DNA of 64,000 nt from Mya arenaria (taxonomy: Eukaryota), in the NCBI RefSeq assembly GCF_026914265.1, contig NC_069133.1, positions 48,673,355 through 48,737,354 of the forward strand, written 5' to 3'. Within the stretch, counting starts at the first letter, position 1; every line of letters starts with the position of its first letter. Shown one piece after another: positions 49,101 through 62,869 of this stretch. The notes below the pieces were generated by a model. That model saw nothing but the letters and a program-made list of their open reading frames with translations, searched no databases and had not been told where the DNA came from. The translations under genes were made by a program, and so were the position numbers.

Positions 49101-52100
49101 AACGGGATAACCGGTAATAAACGGTAAGTTGTTAATTTCCAATTATATATTTATCTAAATTTATAAAACATTTCTTTTATATATTTTTTAACATTTTTTG
49201 ACATAATTTATTGAAGTCCAGTAGGCAAGTACATGTAACAACAAAGGAATTTAAAGTAGTTCTGAAAGTTGATATTTTCACTCCTTATTTTGCAGTGAAA
49301 ATACCAAATTGATATTTTCACTGTAGTTATTTCACTGGTTAAAACCCATATTTCATCGAAAAGCATGAAAGAAATAATTATCGTTTCTTGTTTCTTGACG
49401 TTTATTTAGTAGTTATTGTAATTTAAGGCAGGTTTATGTATAACAAATTCAAGTGTTTTTGTTTACAATTAAACATTGTTCATCGAAATGCACTCTGTGA
49501 CCTATGAACTACTTTCATTCACCTTAATTCAAATTCTAGAAGGAAAATTTTCATTTACTCAGTTTTTTATTCTTAAACAATTACAAATATGCTGTCTTTT
49601 ACCCTTTTAAAAACGTTTTTGAAATTAGAGGCAGATATGGATCAACTGATGCTTATATAGCGAGTACTCTTAGTTGTTACTTTCTAGCTAAGGCAACACA
49701 TTTATATTCTTGGTTCAGATTTATTTTATTAACGTATGAAAATATATTTTCATCGTGCCGGGAATATTAGGGATCATTTGATAGAAACTAATTATTGTTT
49801 AATCAACGTTTAATCAACAGTGCTTGATCTTCAATTTGAAATATTATCTACTTTACATTATACCTCTTAATTCTAATGTTCAATGCTTTTTTTTTTGGTT
49901 TGCTCTGACTATTTTAATGATCTGCAATATTTTCATTATGAAAGGCACGGAGCTTCGAAAAACATTTCGGCATCTCCTGTTATTAGGCTTTTCAATTAGA
50001 TCTAAGACTGTACGTATTTTATCAATCGCTTGAAAATATAATTTAGTCTGCGACAGTGACTGTGTTTTATACCTATAAAAGATACACAGTGCATTACCGT
50101 TTAAACGACGTACCAACGCCGGAATGAAGAAATACCGGCTTATGTCGTCTTTATACTGCCATGGCCAGCATAATGGTCACTTGGCTGGATTGCACGGTTC
50201 AAACTTGTTGGACTGTAATATTGTTTTTATATTTATATCATCACAGTAGGGTAATGACCAATTAAGATTTTAAATACTATCTGAGAATATCCGTGTTCGT
50301 TGAACAAAGAATGGTTCATGCCTTCAAACTTTCCATTTTTACAAAGCCGAATAACTGCTTCTTTTATTCAGACGTCTGCACTACAAATCGTTAACCCTAC
50401 ATCAAGTCAATATATATGATTATACATATATCTTGCACACAGAGGTTACCAAATATTTGTTGAAACATTTTTAAAATGCATATGTTCCAATTATTCCTGA
50501 ATACTTTATCCTTAAATATAAATGGTTATTACTGACGGTATATTTACAAATTGTAATTTTCAAGACGAAATGAACATACGGATAAGGCGGCATCGGGTGA
50601 CAGAAACGGTCTTAAGGATAAGGAAACGGTATTTGTCCCAGAATCGACAAATGTATAAAGTGTATGACCTAATGACATGAATGACCTACACACAGAATTT
50701 GCATTTTGGTCCATTTCATATAGTTTTGTGGTATTCGTCCGAAAGAGTGCTCTTTAAAATTTAATTTACAGAACACACACTTGCATTCAAAAGAAAATGT
50801 ACTGTAAAATATAGTATATATACTGTAAGTATTTTTAAAGGGGCCAAAAATCTTGAAACGTTCCGAATGAAATTGTCTTTTGACTTGGTAATTTTGTAGC
50901 CAAAAAGTCAATTGAAGTTACTTTTTTATATAATATACTTCTTCCTTGAGACGATATAATCAATAAGCAGCAATACACTAGTCATTTCGTAGTCTCAAAT
51001 AGTCTGAAAAAACCCCAATTCATTATTCAATTTTGCCGAAAAAACTTTTTTCATTTGACGGCAAATATGGATATCGAACAACTTCTGATAAAATATCTCC
51101 ACGTAAAATGTGCAAACTTCTTAACACATCAAAACTTGTAGCACGGAATATACGTTTAACATTTTCAACAGATTGTTTCTACAGTTTAAAATTATCAAAT
51201 ACAAAAACGTTTTCATTGTTGGCCTTCCCCACCGAAGTGTACTGCTGCAGGTCATCTGATCACCATGCATTTTGCACAACAGTAATGAGGCATATTGTCA
51301 TTTATGATTCAGCTCACAATTACTCTTTAATGTGAATTCATTCAACACTATGGAATAACATTTAAGTAGCACTCTAGTTCATGCAACATCATCCGAACAT
51401 TAATTGCATATTTGTTATAAACAATAATTAGCGAAGAAGAAGCTGTGATAATAGTAGCATAAATACATTGCAAGAAGAAGATATCTTTTAAACCTGATAT
51501 ATATGACAAAAATCGGTTAGCAAACACATACGTGAATACCGTTGCAAACATTCTATGGAATACGAATCGAATACCATAGATTTCTATGAAAATGCTTACA
51601 ATCATTTTTTTCCAAATAAATCGCCACAAAATCTATGCCATCTTTTATATTTAACACATACCTGAAAGGCAAAAAACATGTAATTAGTCAACGTTCAATT
51701 TTATATCTTAATCTTAAGTAAATGATCTAAGTTTCTAAAGTAATTGATCGGACAAGACAACGTTTTGGTAATTTCTATCCTAAAGGGCGATAATTCAAGA
51801 GTGACTTAAGCAATATAGCTGAGATACAATGCCAATTCACATTCTAACCAAATTGAATGATGTTAAGTTACTTATCGGAAAGCATACTTGATCCCGAATA
51901 CCAACCCGTCCGTCGCAGATGAAACTATGATACGTCCCGATATGTGAACGGACGTATTAAAAATCTACGCTCAATATACAGTGTATGTCATTCAAACTTA
52001 AATATCATTCTATTTTGCTAATGGTTGAAGGGCAAAACACACCGATTCTAATATGAGTAGTCAGTGTAACATTCCTTTTTTTCTTTTAGTACGCAATAGA

Positions 52101-54988
52101 TTAAATCATGACATCTCAAAACATTTGCTACTTTCCATTTTCATATTTTTTGGAACTGAATGGTTTGTGATGTAAAAAAAGTGCTGGACATGCTGAATAT
52201 ATATTTGTGTTTATATGTTTACCCCCATTGTTTGTTGTAACCCTAAAGAGGATGTGGCCACGTTTCTTAATACATATTGGCTACTACCAACCAATTTGTT
52301 TTTCTTATAAAATGTTACATTTTTCTAACGCTGTTTAACATTTAAAACTGTAGTAAAATTTGTCCAATATACAGTACTGAGGTGTGAAATTCTCGGAATC
52401 AGTGTTATTTCGCCTGTAGATGATTAATTTACTATTGAATACATATGAGATCAATGTTGACGTCTTTAAATGAAAATGAATATAAAATGAAACGTAAATG
52501 GAATAGATATATAAATAGTTAATCAAATTCATCTCCCTTAATTAAAGTGATTTTCGCAATTCTTCTTTCATGTCTTAAAACAAAACAAAATATATAGAGG
52601 ATATTTGTTTATTTCAGTGTAAGATCGTATTTTATTTCACGAGTGTCATAAAAAAATATATTTTCACGAGTGGCGAAGCCACGAGTGAAAATGTAGTTTT
52701 TTTTATGATCACGAGTGAAATTAAATACGATCTTACACTGAAATAAACAATTTTTCTGTTTCTTTAATGCTTATTTTCGGAGTTTTATTTGTTTTTTATT
52801 TATTTCTGAATTACCCCCTTTTTTGAAAAGGGTGGGCTTTACGCCGCTACCCGTGGGGCGCCCCTCATGCATAATTATAGCTGTCAACTTTTCGACTTTC
52901 GGTTTGCTGAGAAATAGTTCTCTGCTATTCATTCTTATGGCTTAATATTCGCTCGTTTTTTATTGCAAAGCTTTATGAACAGTAAACAATGACGTATTAT
53001 TAGTGCACATATGTTCCAAAAATAATGAAAACACATTTTATTTTAAGATGGACATGAAAACATAATCAAATTACTACGCTGCTATTTAAAGAATGAAAAT
53101 TTGGAAGGTCAAATGTGTTAGCAAAACAAATGTGGATACTCATTGGATTTTAACCATTTTTCTTAGTTTAAGACTGCATGTACGCGTGTTTTTATAGTAA
53201 GTTAATATTCAGTCATCTTACTGTCAGAGACCAGTCTGTTTCGCTTTAAAATGTTTGTTTTCCAGATAAAGAGTAAATGCCACGCTAGTTTGTTGACACA
53301 TTTTGTTGTGTGGGTGGGGTAAAAATATCGAATCTATCTGTAAATTGTTGTGTGAATTCTCCAGGAAGCTCAATTTACGTACTCCAATGGTTAACAGTTC
53401 AAAATACATTTGAACGATGATATAAAATTGTATTTATGTTCGAACAGTTGTTTTTGTCTGTAATTTGTTTGGTATGAAAGCAAATGTTCGAACATTCAGC
53501 TTCAAAGATCAGTAAAATGTTTGATAAACGGGATAACCGGTAATAAACGGTAAGTTGTTAATTTCCAATTATATATTTATCTAAATTTATAAAACATTTC
53601 TTTTATATATTTTTTAACATTTTTTGACATAATTTATTGAAGTCCAGTAGGCAAGTACATGTAACAACAAAGGAATTTAAAGTAGTTCTGAAAGTTGATA
53701 TTTTCACTCCTTATTTTGCAGTGAAAATACCAAATTGATATTTTCACTGTAGTTATTTCACTGGTTAAAACCCATATTTCATCGAAAAGCATGAAAGAAA
53801 TAATTATCGTTTCTTGTTTCTTGACGTTTATTTAGTAGTTATTGTAATTTAAGGCAGGTTTATGTATAACAAATTCAAGTGTTTTTGTTTACAATTAAAC
53901 ATTGTTCATCGAAATGCACTCTGTGACCTATGAACTACTTTCATTCACCTTAATTCAAATTCTAGAAGGAAAATTTTCATTTACTCAGTTTTTTATTCTT
54001 AAACAATTACAAATATGCTGTCTTTTACCCTTTTAAAAACGTTTTTGAAATTAGAGGCAGATATGGATCAACTGATGCTTATATAGCGAGTACTCTTAGT
54101 TGTTACTTTCTAGCTAAGGCAACACATTTATATTCTTGGTTCAGATTTATTTTATTAACGTATGAAAATATATTTTCATCGTGCCGGGAATATTAGGGAT
54201 CATTTGATAGAAACTAATTATTGTTTAATCAACGTTTAATCAACAGTGCTTGATCTTCAATTTGAAATATTATCTACTTTACATTATACCTCTTAATTCT
54301 AATGTTCAATGCTTTTTTTTTTGGTTTGCTCTGACTATTTTAATGATCTGCAATATTTTCATTATGAAAGGCACGGAGCTTCGAAAAACATTTCGGCATC
54401 TCCTGTTATTAGGCTTTTCAATTAGATCTAAGACTGTACGTATTTTATCAATCGCTTGAAAATATAATTTAGTCTGCGACAGTGACTGTGTTTTATACCT
54501 ATAAAAGATACACAGTGCATTACCGTTTAAACGACGTACCAACGCCGGAATGAAGAAATACCGGCTTATGTCGTCTTTATACTGCCATGGCCAGCATAAT
54601 GGTCACTTGGCTGGATTGCACGGTTCAAACTTGTTGGACTGTAATATTGTTTTTATATTTATATCATCACAGTAGGGTAATGACCAATTAAGATTTTAAA
54701 TACTATCTGAGAATATCCTTGTTCGTTGAACAAAGAATGGTTCATGCCTTCAAACTTTCCATTTTTACAAAGCCGAATAACTGCTTCTTTTATTCAGACG
54801 TCTGCACTACAAATCGTTAACCCTACATCAAGTCAATATATATGATTATACATATATCTTGCACACAGAGGTTACCAAATATTTGTTGAAACATTTTTAA
54901 AATGCATATGTTCCAATTATTCCTGAATACTTTATCCTTAAATATAAATGGTTATTACTGACGGTATATTTACAAATTGTAATTTGTA
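46137..54988. repeat. Direct tandem duplication of a ~4426-bp segment: unit 1 at 46137-50562 and unit 2 at 50563-54988, ~99.9% identical.
   Basis: Every six-frame ORF in unit 1 reappears at +4426 bp with the same translation, e.g. 46243-46485 equals 50669-50911. I saw only a handful of single-base differences, at about 47024/51450, 48324/52748 and 50298/54722. Confidence 0.9.
48175..48323. mobile_element. Foldback/MITE-like element of ~150 bp with 38-bp terminal inverted repeats. It is present again at 52599-52747 in the duplicate unit.
   Basis: atttgtttatttcagtgtaagatcgtattttatttcac ... gtgaaattaaatacgatcttacactgaaataaacaaat. Inside it tcacgagtg occurs three times. Confidence 0.65.
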
Positions 54989-55059
54989 AAAAGAAAGTAA
55001 TCATAAAAAGCTATGTGCATGACAATCAATTAGCACTCGACATATTTAAGATATGTCTA

Positions 55060-55560
55060 TATCCCTCCAGTTAAATTTTGTAACAATACATTTGGAAAGA
55101 AAACATGTACTTTGAGTGAGGATGCGAGATCGTCTTTAAAGTTCGATCCTAGCTTATCTTTCACAGGTCTCCCGGCAAAACCAAGAAAACATATAATAGA
55201 ACAGGAGGGCAAATTAAAGAGGGTGTCTTAATGCTGCATACTCTGTTGTAATAAAACTTTGAAACGTATCTGTTCTGTTCTGTAATGTTTATATAAGCAC
55301 GAAACTGCATTCATATCAATCTGGGGAAAGGGACATTATTACGATTAATACGTCTGAAATTCTTACAAAAATAATTTGCCGAAGCTATAGTTCCCAATTA
55401 AATAAATTATATTTATTTCGTTAACGTCTTCTACAGACATCAATTTAATAGTATAAAGCCATTCAAACAATTATGAGAGTTTTTGTAGCACTCTGGCACC
55501 AATCCGCGTCCTATACACTAAGCCTTTCAATCGTAAAGTCAAAACAGCCACATCCGATGA
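55060..55560 (+). repeat. Partial copy of the 40250/56140 repeat family, fused at 55560-55700 to a segment similar to 50040-50200 and 54470-54620.
   Basis: gaggatgcgagatcgtctttaaagttcgatcctagc... is followed by gtctgtcacactgactgtgttttatacctgaaaatgatacacaatgtattaccgttt..., matching tagtctgcgacagtgactgtgttttatacctataaaagatacacagtgcattaccgttt. Confidence 0.6.
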
Positions 55561-56139
55561 TACAAGACAATTTAGTCTGTCACACTGACTGTGTTTTATA
55601 CCTGAAAATGATACACAATGTATTACCGTTTGAAGGACGTACCAGCACCGGAATGAAGAAATACCGGCTTATATCGCCACTCTACAGCCGTGACCGGATT
55701 GAACGGTTCAAACTAGTTGCACTGTAATATTTCTATGACCATTAAATTTAAATTTCAAATTCTAACCCAGTAAAGCTTTGTTCGTTGTAAAATAAATCAT
55801 TAACGCCTTCAAACTTTCGAGTTTTATAAAGCCGTCTTTTAAAACTGCTCCTTTTAATCAGACGTTTGCACTACAAACTGTTTACCCTACGTCAATATAT
55901 TTCATATGTCATACACACAGAAGTAATCAAATAATAATTTATCTTCAAAATTGATAAGGTCCAATAATTCCTGAATGTTTTTATCTTAAGTACTGATGGT
56001 TATGATTAACGATATATATTTTCAAAAATATCGGCGTTTTCTACTTAGCTAAAAGAAAGTATATATATTATACCATGTGCTTGACTACTAAGTATTAGTT
56101 TATCACTCGACATTTTAAGTTAAGTCGATATCCTCCAGT

Positions 56140-57150
56140 CAAAGTTTGTTACAATGCAATTGGTAAAAGTCATGTTCATAGAAGAAGAAGATAGTTTATT
56201 CATGGAAATATTGAGTGGGGATGCGAGATCGTCTTCAAAGTTTGATCCTAGGTTATGTTTCACAGGTTTCGGAAAACGTATACTAAAACATTATGGCAAA
56301 TTAAAGAGGGTGTCTAATGCAGCATACTCTGCTGTAAGAAGCAAAACGCTGCAATAAAAAGTTTGCAGCATTTCTTGTTCTGCTCTGTTATGTTTATATA
56401 AGCATGAAATATCATTAATATAAATCTGGAAATTTGCGACAAAAGGGACATTTTATGATTAAACCGTCTGAAATTCTTGCCAAAACAATTTACAAAAGCT
56501 ATTACTGAGTAGTATTTATTGTTTAAACGTCATCTACAAACATCCTTTAAATAGCATAAAGCCGCTAAAACAATAATGAGAGTTCTTGTAGCACTCTGGC
56601 ACCAACCCGCGCTCCATGCCAAATAATTTATATGAAAAACTACAGAATGAAGTTCAATCGTATATTTATAAAGTCAAAACAGCGACGTCCGGTGCTACAA
56701 GTTTTATTGTTAGCAATTATTTATTTTGTCAGTTGTCAATTAATTGTTCGATTAAATGAGAGCAAATCTTACTCTAAGATCTTAACCAGACCTTAACTCG
56801 GTATGTAGACCTTAATATTAAACCCAATTACAGTATCGCAGATTTTAACCACTTTGCAGAATATAACCCAGACTGAGATTGACCGACTGACTAAAAACTG
56901 TCTTATAAATTTGATAAAATGTGACCAAATACCAAGCTCCAAATAAGTTGTTTATACTTCATAGTTGACCCTTATTGCAGTTGACCATTCAGAAGTGTTT
57001 CCTAACGCCCCTCAATAGTTCAACGACATCATGTGATACCTTTAACCTAACGTGTCAATGGATTTTACTGGTTATCGCCACAAAAAGGAGCTAGTCAATC
57101 AATAATTTCAGTGACGTAAATTTTAGCCTGGCCAAATACTTTCGACAGCT
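56140..57150 (+). repeat. Third copy of the ~1-kb interspersed repeat family.
   Basis: Collinear with 40250-41260. Confidence 0.7.
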
Positions 57151-57989
57151 TTTAAGTAAACAAGGTAATTCATGTATTTTCTGGACATACCCTAAATGAA
57201 ACATTAGCGGTTGGCTTTGACCGATGTCAATCTATCTCGATAGTTCCAAGTAGTATATGAGTTTAGCAACAGGCAGGTCCTTTGATAATTGCTATTCAAG
57301 TGTAAGGACCAACATAAGCATATGTGAAAGCAATTGACTGTTCCATTTATTGTCAGAATATCTAATCGGCACATGCCGGTAACGCTTATGAAGCGCCTAT
57401 GAGAATATAACGCAATGGCATTTTGACCACTTAGTAGCTTAAGATAGGAATGATGACCTAAATAGAGATGTTTCAATATTGGCGAGGGTCATTGTGTTAC
57501 GTTCTTAAATAAATATAAAAGTTACCGTAGTTTTTAACGAGAATCCATTGAGGGCCATATTGTTGCACATGTAAAATCCTTAGTAAAGAAAAATACGCGA
57601 GTTGAACATATAGGGGCAGATTGTAAGGAGGCTGACATGTTTCAATATTTAAGATGGACCGAGGTCCATTCTCCTTAGGGGGCTGACTGGCCGGTCCTTA
57701 TAATGCCATATGGCCCGAAGTGGTGTGTAAATATTTCTTATATAATACCGAACATTTTATATTACTATTCAATATGTTTAAGGCGCTTCAGATGTGTCTT
57801 ATTGAACAAAACTATTAATGTTTACTTGCGACTATTTTCCGCCGTTGTGAAAATTGCAAGCCGCACTTACCAGTAGTATGACGTCACCGGTCCAAATTAC
57901 ATTTTTCGCTAGGTCCGGACTGGCCAAAAATATGATATGGACCGCTGACGTCATAAAACTGGATTTTTATTTGAATACAGTGATATACG

Positions 57990-60472
57990 GACCGATCGAC
58001 TTCGACAATTCATCACGACATTGAATATTTCCTATATAAGATCGAATGTCGAGCTAGAATTCCGTCCAGCTCGACATTGCAGCTCAACATTGAAGATTTG
58101 CTATATAATATCGAATGTCGAGCTAGAATTCCGTCCAGCTCGACATTGCAGCTCAACATTGAAGATTTGCTATATAATATCGAATGTCGAGCTAGAATTC
58201 TGTCCAGCTCGACATTCCGGCACGACATTGAATATTTCCTATATAATATCGAATGTCGAGCTAGAATTCCGTCCAGCTCGACATTGAAGATTTGCCATAT
58301 AATATCGAATTCTAGCTAGAATTCCGTCAACTCGACAATTAATCACGACATTGAATATTTCCTATATAATATCGAATCTCGTGCTAGAATTCCGTCCAGC
58401 TCGATATTGCAGCTCGACATTGAAGATTTGCTATAAAATATCGAATGTCGAGCTAGAATTTTGTCCAGCTCGACATTGCAGCACGACATTGAAGATTTGC
58501 TATATAATATCGAATGTCGAGCTAGAATTTCGTCCAGCTCGACATTGCAGCTCGACATTGAAGATTTGCTATATGATATCGAATGTCGAGCTAGAATTCC
58601 GTCCAGCTCGACATTGTAGCTCGGCATTGAAGTTTTGCTATATTATAATGAATGTCGAGCTAGAATTCTGTCCAGCTCGACATTGCAGCTCGACATTGAA
58701 GATTTGCTATATAATATCGAATGTCGAGCTAGAATTTCGTCCAGCTCGACATTGCAGCTCGACATTGAAGATTTGCTATATAATATCGAATGTCGAGCTA
58801 GAATTTTGTCCAGCTCGACATTGCAGCTCGACATTGAAGATTTGCTATATGATATCGAATGTCGAGCTAGAATTCCGTCCAGCTCGACATTGTAGCTCGG
58901 CATTGAAGTTTTGCTATATTATAATGAATGTCGAGCTAGAATTCTGTCCAGCTCGACGTTCCAGGTCGATATTAAATATCTGCCATATAATATCGATTTT
59001 CGAGCTAGAATTCTGTCCAGGTCGACGTTCCAGGTCGACATTGAAGATTTACTATATCATATCGAATGTCGAGCTAGAATTCCGTCCAGGTCGACAATTC
59101 ATCACGACATTGAATATTTCCTATATAATATCGAATGTCGAGCTAGAATTCCGTCCAGCTCGACATTGCAGCTCGACATTGAATATTTGCTATATAATAT
59201 CGAATGTCGAGCTAGAATTCTGTCCAGCTCGACATTGCAGGTCGACATTGAAGATTTGCTATATAATATCGAATGTCGAGCTAGAATTCCGTCCAGCTCG
59301 ACATTGAAGATTTGCCATATAATATCGAAAATGTAGAGCTAGAATTCCGTCAACTCGACAATTAATCACGACATTGAATATTTCCTATATAATATCGAAT
59401 CTCTTGCTAGAATTCCACCCAGCTCGACATTGCAGCTTGACATTGAAGATTTGCTATAAAATATCATATGTCGAGCTAGAATTTTGTCCAGCTCGACATT
59501 GCAGCTCGACATTGAAGATTTGCTTTATAATATCGAATGTCGAGCTAGAATTCCGTCCAGCTCGACATTGCAGCTCGACATTGAAGATTTGCTATATAAT
59601 ATCGAAGGCCGAGTTAGAATTTTGTCCAGCTCGACATTTCAGCTCGACATTGAAGATTTGCTTTATAATATCGAATTTCGAGCTAGAATTCCGTCCAGCT
59701 CGACAATTCATCACGACATTGAATATTTCCTATATAATATCGAATGTCGAGCTAGAATTCCGTCCAGCTCGACATTGCAGCTCGACATTGAAGATTTGCT
59801 ATATAATATCGAATGTCTATATATATTTTTGTCCAGCTCGACATTGCCGCTCGATATTGAAGATTTGCTATATAATATTTATTTAATAATATTTTATTTA
59901 TAAACATTATTACAATTGTCAAAATATTTACATACATGTATATAGAAAAGTTTGAAATAAATGTTATCAAAGTTGTATGCAAAAGGGTCGAGCCACAAGT
60001 TATCAACAACATTAGTTACGGCCCTCCCCTTGCTATATAATATCGAATGTGGAGCTAGAATTCCGTCCAGCTCGACATTGCAGCCCGACATTGAAGATTT
60101 GCCATATAATATTGAATGTAGAGCTAGAATTCCGTCAACTCGACAATTAATCACGACATTGAATATTTCCTATATAATATCGAATCTCGAGCTAGAATTC
60201 CGTCCAGCTCGACATTGCAGCTCGACATTGAAGATTTGCTATAAAATATCGAATGTCGAGCTAGAATTTTGTCCAGCTCGACATTGCAGCTCGACATTGA
60301 AGATTTGCTATATAATATCGAAGGCCGAGCTAGAACTTCGTCCAGCTCGACATTACAGCTCGACATTGAAGATTTGCTATATGATATCGAATGTCGAGCT
60401 AGAATTCCGTCCAGCTCGACATTGCAGCTCGACATTGAAGATTTCCGATATAATATCGAATGTCGATTGTCG
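57990..60472. repeat. Satellite DNA array with a 69-bp monomer (~33 copies, several variant subtypes). A ~165-bp AT-rich insertion interrupts it at 59870-60035.
   Basis: Monomer atcgaatgtcgagctagaattccgtccagctcgacattgcagctcgacattgaagatttgctatataat. It contains an EcoRI site (GAATTC) and the 9-bp dyad tgtcgagct/agctcgaca. The 69 = 3x23 periodicity produces long ORFs in several frames on both strands. Confidence 0.95.
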
Positions 60473-61276
60473 ATTGCCGATGGCTGAGCCAACTTCACAC
60501 ACATCTAATAAAATCCTTAAATTATTTGATAATTATTTCCAACTATTTACAATAATGAATGCAATACATCAATTTATTCCGGTTGTGAAACTAAAATAGT
60601 CTAGTTTAATATTGTTATTCAGCTTGAAATCCACCACATCAGCAGCCATTTGTATAAACCTTTCAGGGGTTCAAAAAAAGTAAATGATCTTAGTCAGACA
60701 TTTGATGACACTAATGTTACAAACAAGTCGTGACCGGTTTTGTTAAATCTTTAAGTCCTAGAGGAATTCAATGTTTACTTAGTGAGAATGCTGTGTCGTC
60801 GAGTGTGAATGTATTCCCCATAGTAAAATGATTTTGCCTTGTCAACACCATGCCGCAATATTTACACCTCAACTTCTATTCCTTAAATGAACTGCCTTTC
60901 GGCATCGATTGATGAACGCAACATCTTCGGATGTGTTCGGATCGCAATTCATAGCATAACAATATACATGAAAACTATTGATCTTGTTATTGGCTGTATT
61001 GTGTCAGCAGGTCCAGTAAAATATAGATCAACATTTTAGAAAATATATTTTTAAATATATTGGTACCAGAAGTGTTTCAATTTTTACGTTTTAAAGTGAT
61101 TTCAAGTGGTTGATCTTTTCCCGCGTTATTGTGACGTCATTTGAAAAAAATGTTTCCGGTTATAGTCGGGTCGTTCTATTTACAGAATGGGTAAGAACGG
61201 ATTACTGAAAGGCTTTCTTAAAGGAAATGAAGTAGTTCTTTAACAATTCTTGAATGAAATAATGAACCCTTGGTGT

Positions 61277-61430
61277 AAATATAAGGAATGAATTGCGGGG
61301 TTGATGTCATTATCGGAGATATGAACGCAATTGGGTTGGTAAAAGTACGCGTGGAGTCCTTCGGACTTCACACACATTGACCAACCCAATTGCGTTCATA
61401 CCCCGATAATGACATCAACCCCACAATTCA
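61277..61430. repeat. Near-perfect long inverted repeat (hairpin) with ~58-bp arms and a ~38-bp spacer that itself holds a small stem (agtcc-ttcgg-gact).
   Basis: aaggaatgaattgcggggttgatgtcattatcggagatatgaacgcaattgggttggt ... accaacccaattgcgttcataccccgataatgacatcaaccccacaattcattcctt. Confidence 0.85.
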
Positions 61431-62869
61431 TTCCTTAATTAACATTAAATTGTTTAATATGGTGTTTTTAGGTTGTATATGAGTAATCAAAAAACAATTC
61501 CCCAAGAGAAAGATTGAAGATTAACCTGCTGCGCGGTGTAAAATGGGTAATAGAGAAATGTTAAACACCTCGCGTACGTGTTTACTAGTGATGAAACGAT
61601 TATCGAGTACAATAGATAAATCGTCGCTGACAATGCTATGTCGGCGACAATGGATAGTGGTTGTCCAAAATCGATGTCGCTAATGTTACTTCAGGTAACT
61701 ACGTATTTTTATGTTTTGTGGTAAAAGTCGAGTAAATGTCAAATTTTCTTTCCGGTAAATTCTCGTTGAGTGTATTTTAACAAATAGGCCACTCTCTAAC
61801 ACAAAATGCGGTGAATGTAAACACTTTTCTTTAAAACTTTCCCAAAATTACAAATTGCTTTAATTGTTTATATATCATTTAAAACCTTCTTCAATAACCT
61901 GCCTATATGAAATTGGTCCGGTCTTACCTGCAAATACCGGGGATCCCAGCTCGATGCATTCTATTTCTGAAATCTTTTTAGGTGTCGTTTGTAATTAACT
62001 AATTTCCTTTTTTGTGAAAGTTTTATAAAATTAAAATATTCTAATGAAATGTTCAATATAACAGGTTATTGAATGTTAAGCTGGTTCACAAATATTTGAT
62101 ATTTTTTACATGGATAAAATGCTGAGATAACTTACATGATGAGGTGTGCATCATTTTTGCAATTGATATGCAATTTTTAAGTATGTGTTGTGTTGTTACG
62201 TTTTTCGTTAAGTTATTCAAGACAGAAAAAGGTTATGGAAATTGACTTACTGTTGCAAAAAATCATCACTAAAGCATCAAACATACTGATTCCAGGTTAC
62301 ACCATTTAAACGATCATTATGATACTATGTATAAAGAGTGTATTTTTTACTGATATTATGAACTTTCGATTAATGTCAAGCACTAGTGTTTACACCTAAA
62401 CGTGAACATTGAAGGCTATGTTTAGAAGTAATTTGTTTAATGGCTCTATAAACTTGCACTTGTACGCCTTACGAGACTCAAAACAATCCTTCCTTAAACG
62501 TTTGTACATGCCCCTTTAAACGTGCACATTTAACACAAGAGCGATCACCCGAAAACCAACATCCACCTCATTTGGACCTCATCTGTGTCTAACAGGTGAC
62601 TGTTTAAATTACTAACACTAAGAAAATAACAGAATGAATATATGTACCAGTCTCATATTTGATTGATAATACAATCTGCCTTAAAATTGTTGCCATACTA
62701 CTATTTTGTTATGTTTTATGCGTAATGTTTAATTTATTATTTGATTGATGTCATTTCCAGATAGATGGGCAAAAAGAGTTTTATTTTACCACTGTAGAAT
62801 ATGGGTTAGGACCCAAGTTATTATTGGGATACTACTTTAAATATGTTTTACAAAAGATGTTGAATACTA

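Noticed and set aside
46243-54542. Pairs of identical small ORFs 4426 bp apart, e.g. 46607-46909 and 51033-51335.
   Set aside because: The identity is explained by the tandem duplication. The proteins are low-complexity with no recognisable domains.
58021-60599. Long ORFs of 86-318 aa in several frames on both strands within the 69-bp satellite.
   Set aside because: They arise because the 69-bp (3x23) monomer lacks stop codons in several frames. The translations are strictly 23-aa periodic and low-complexity. This is not a gene.
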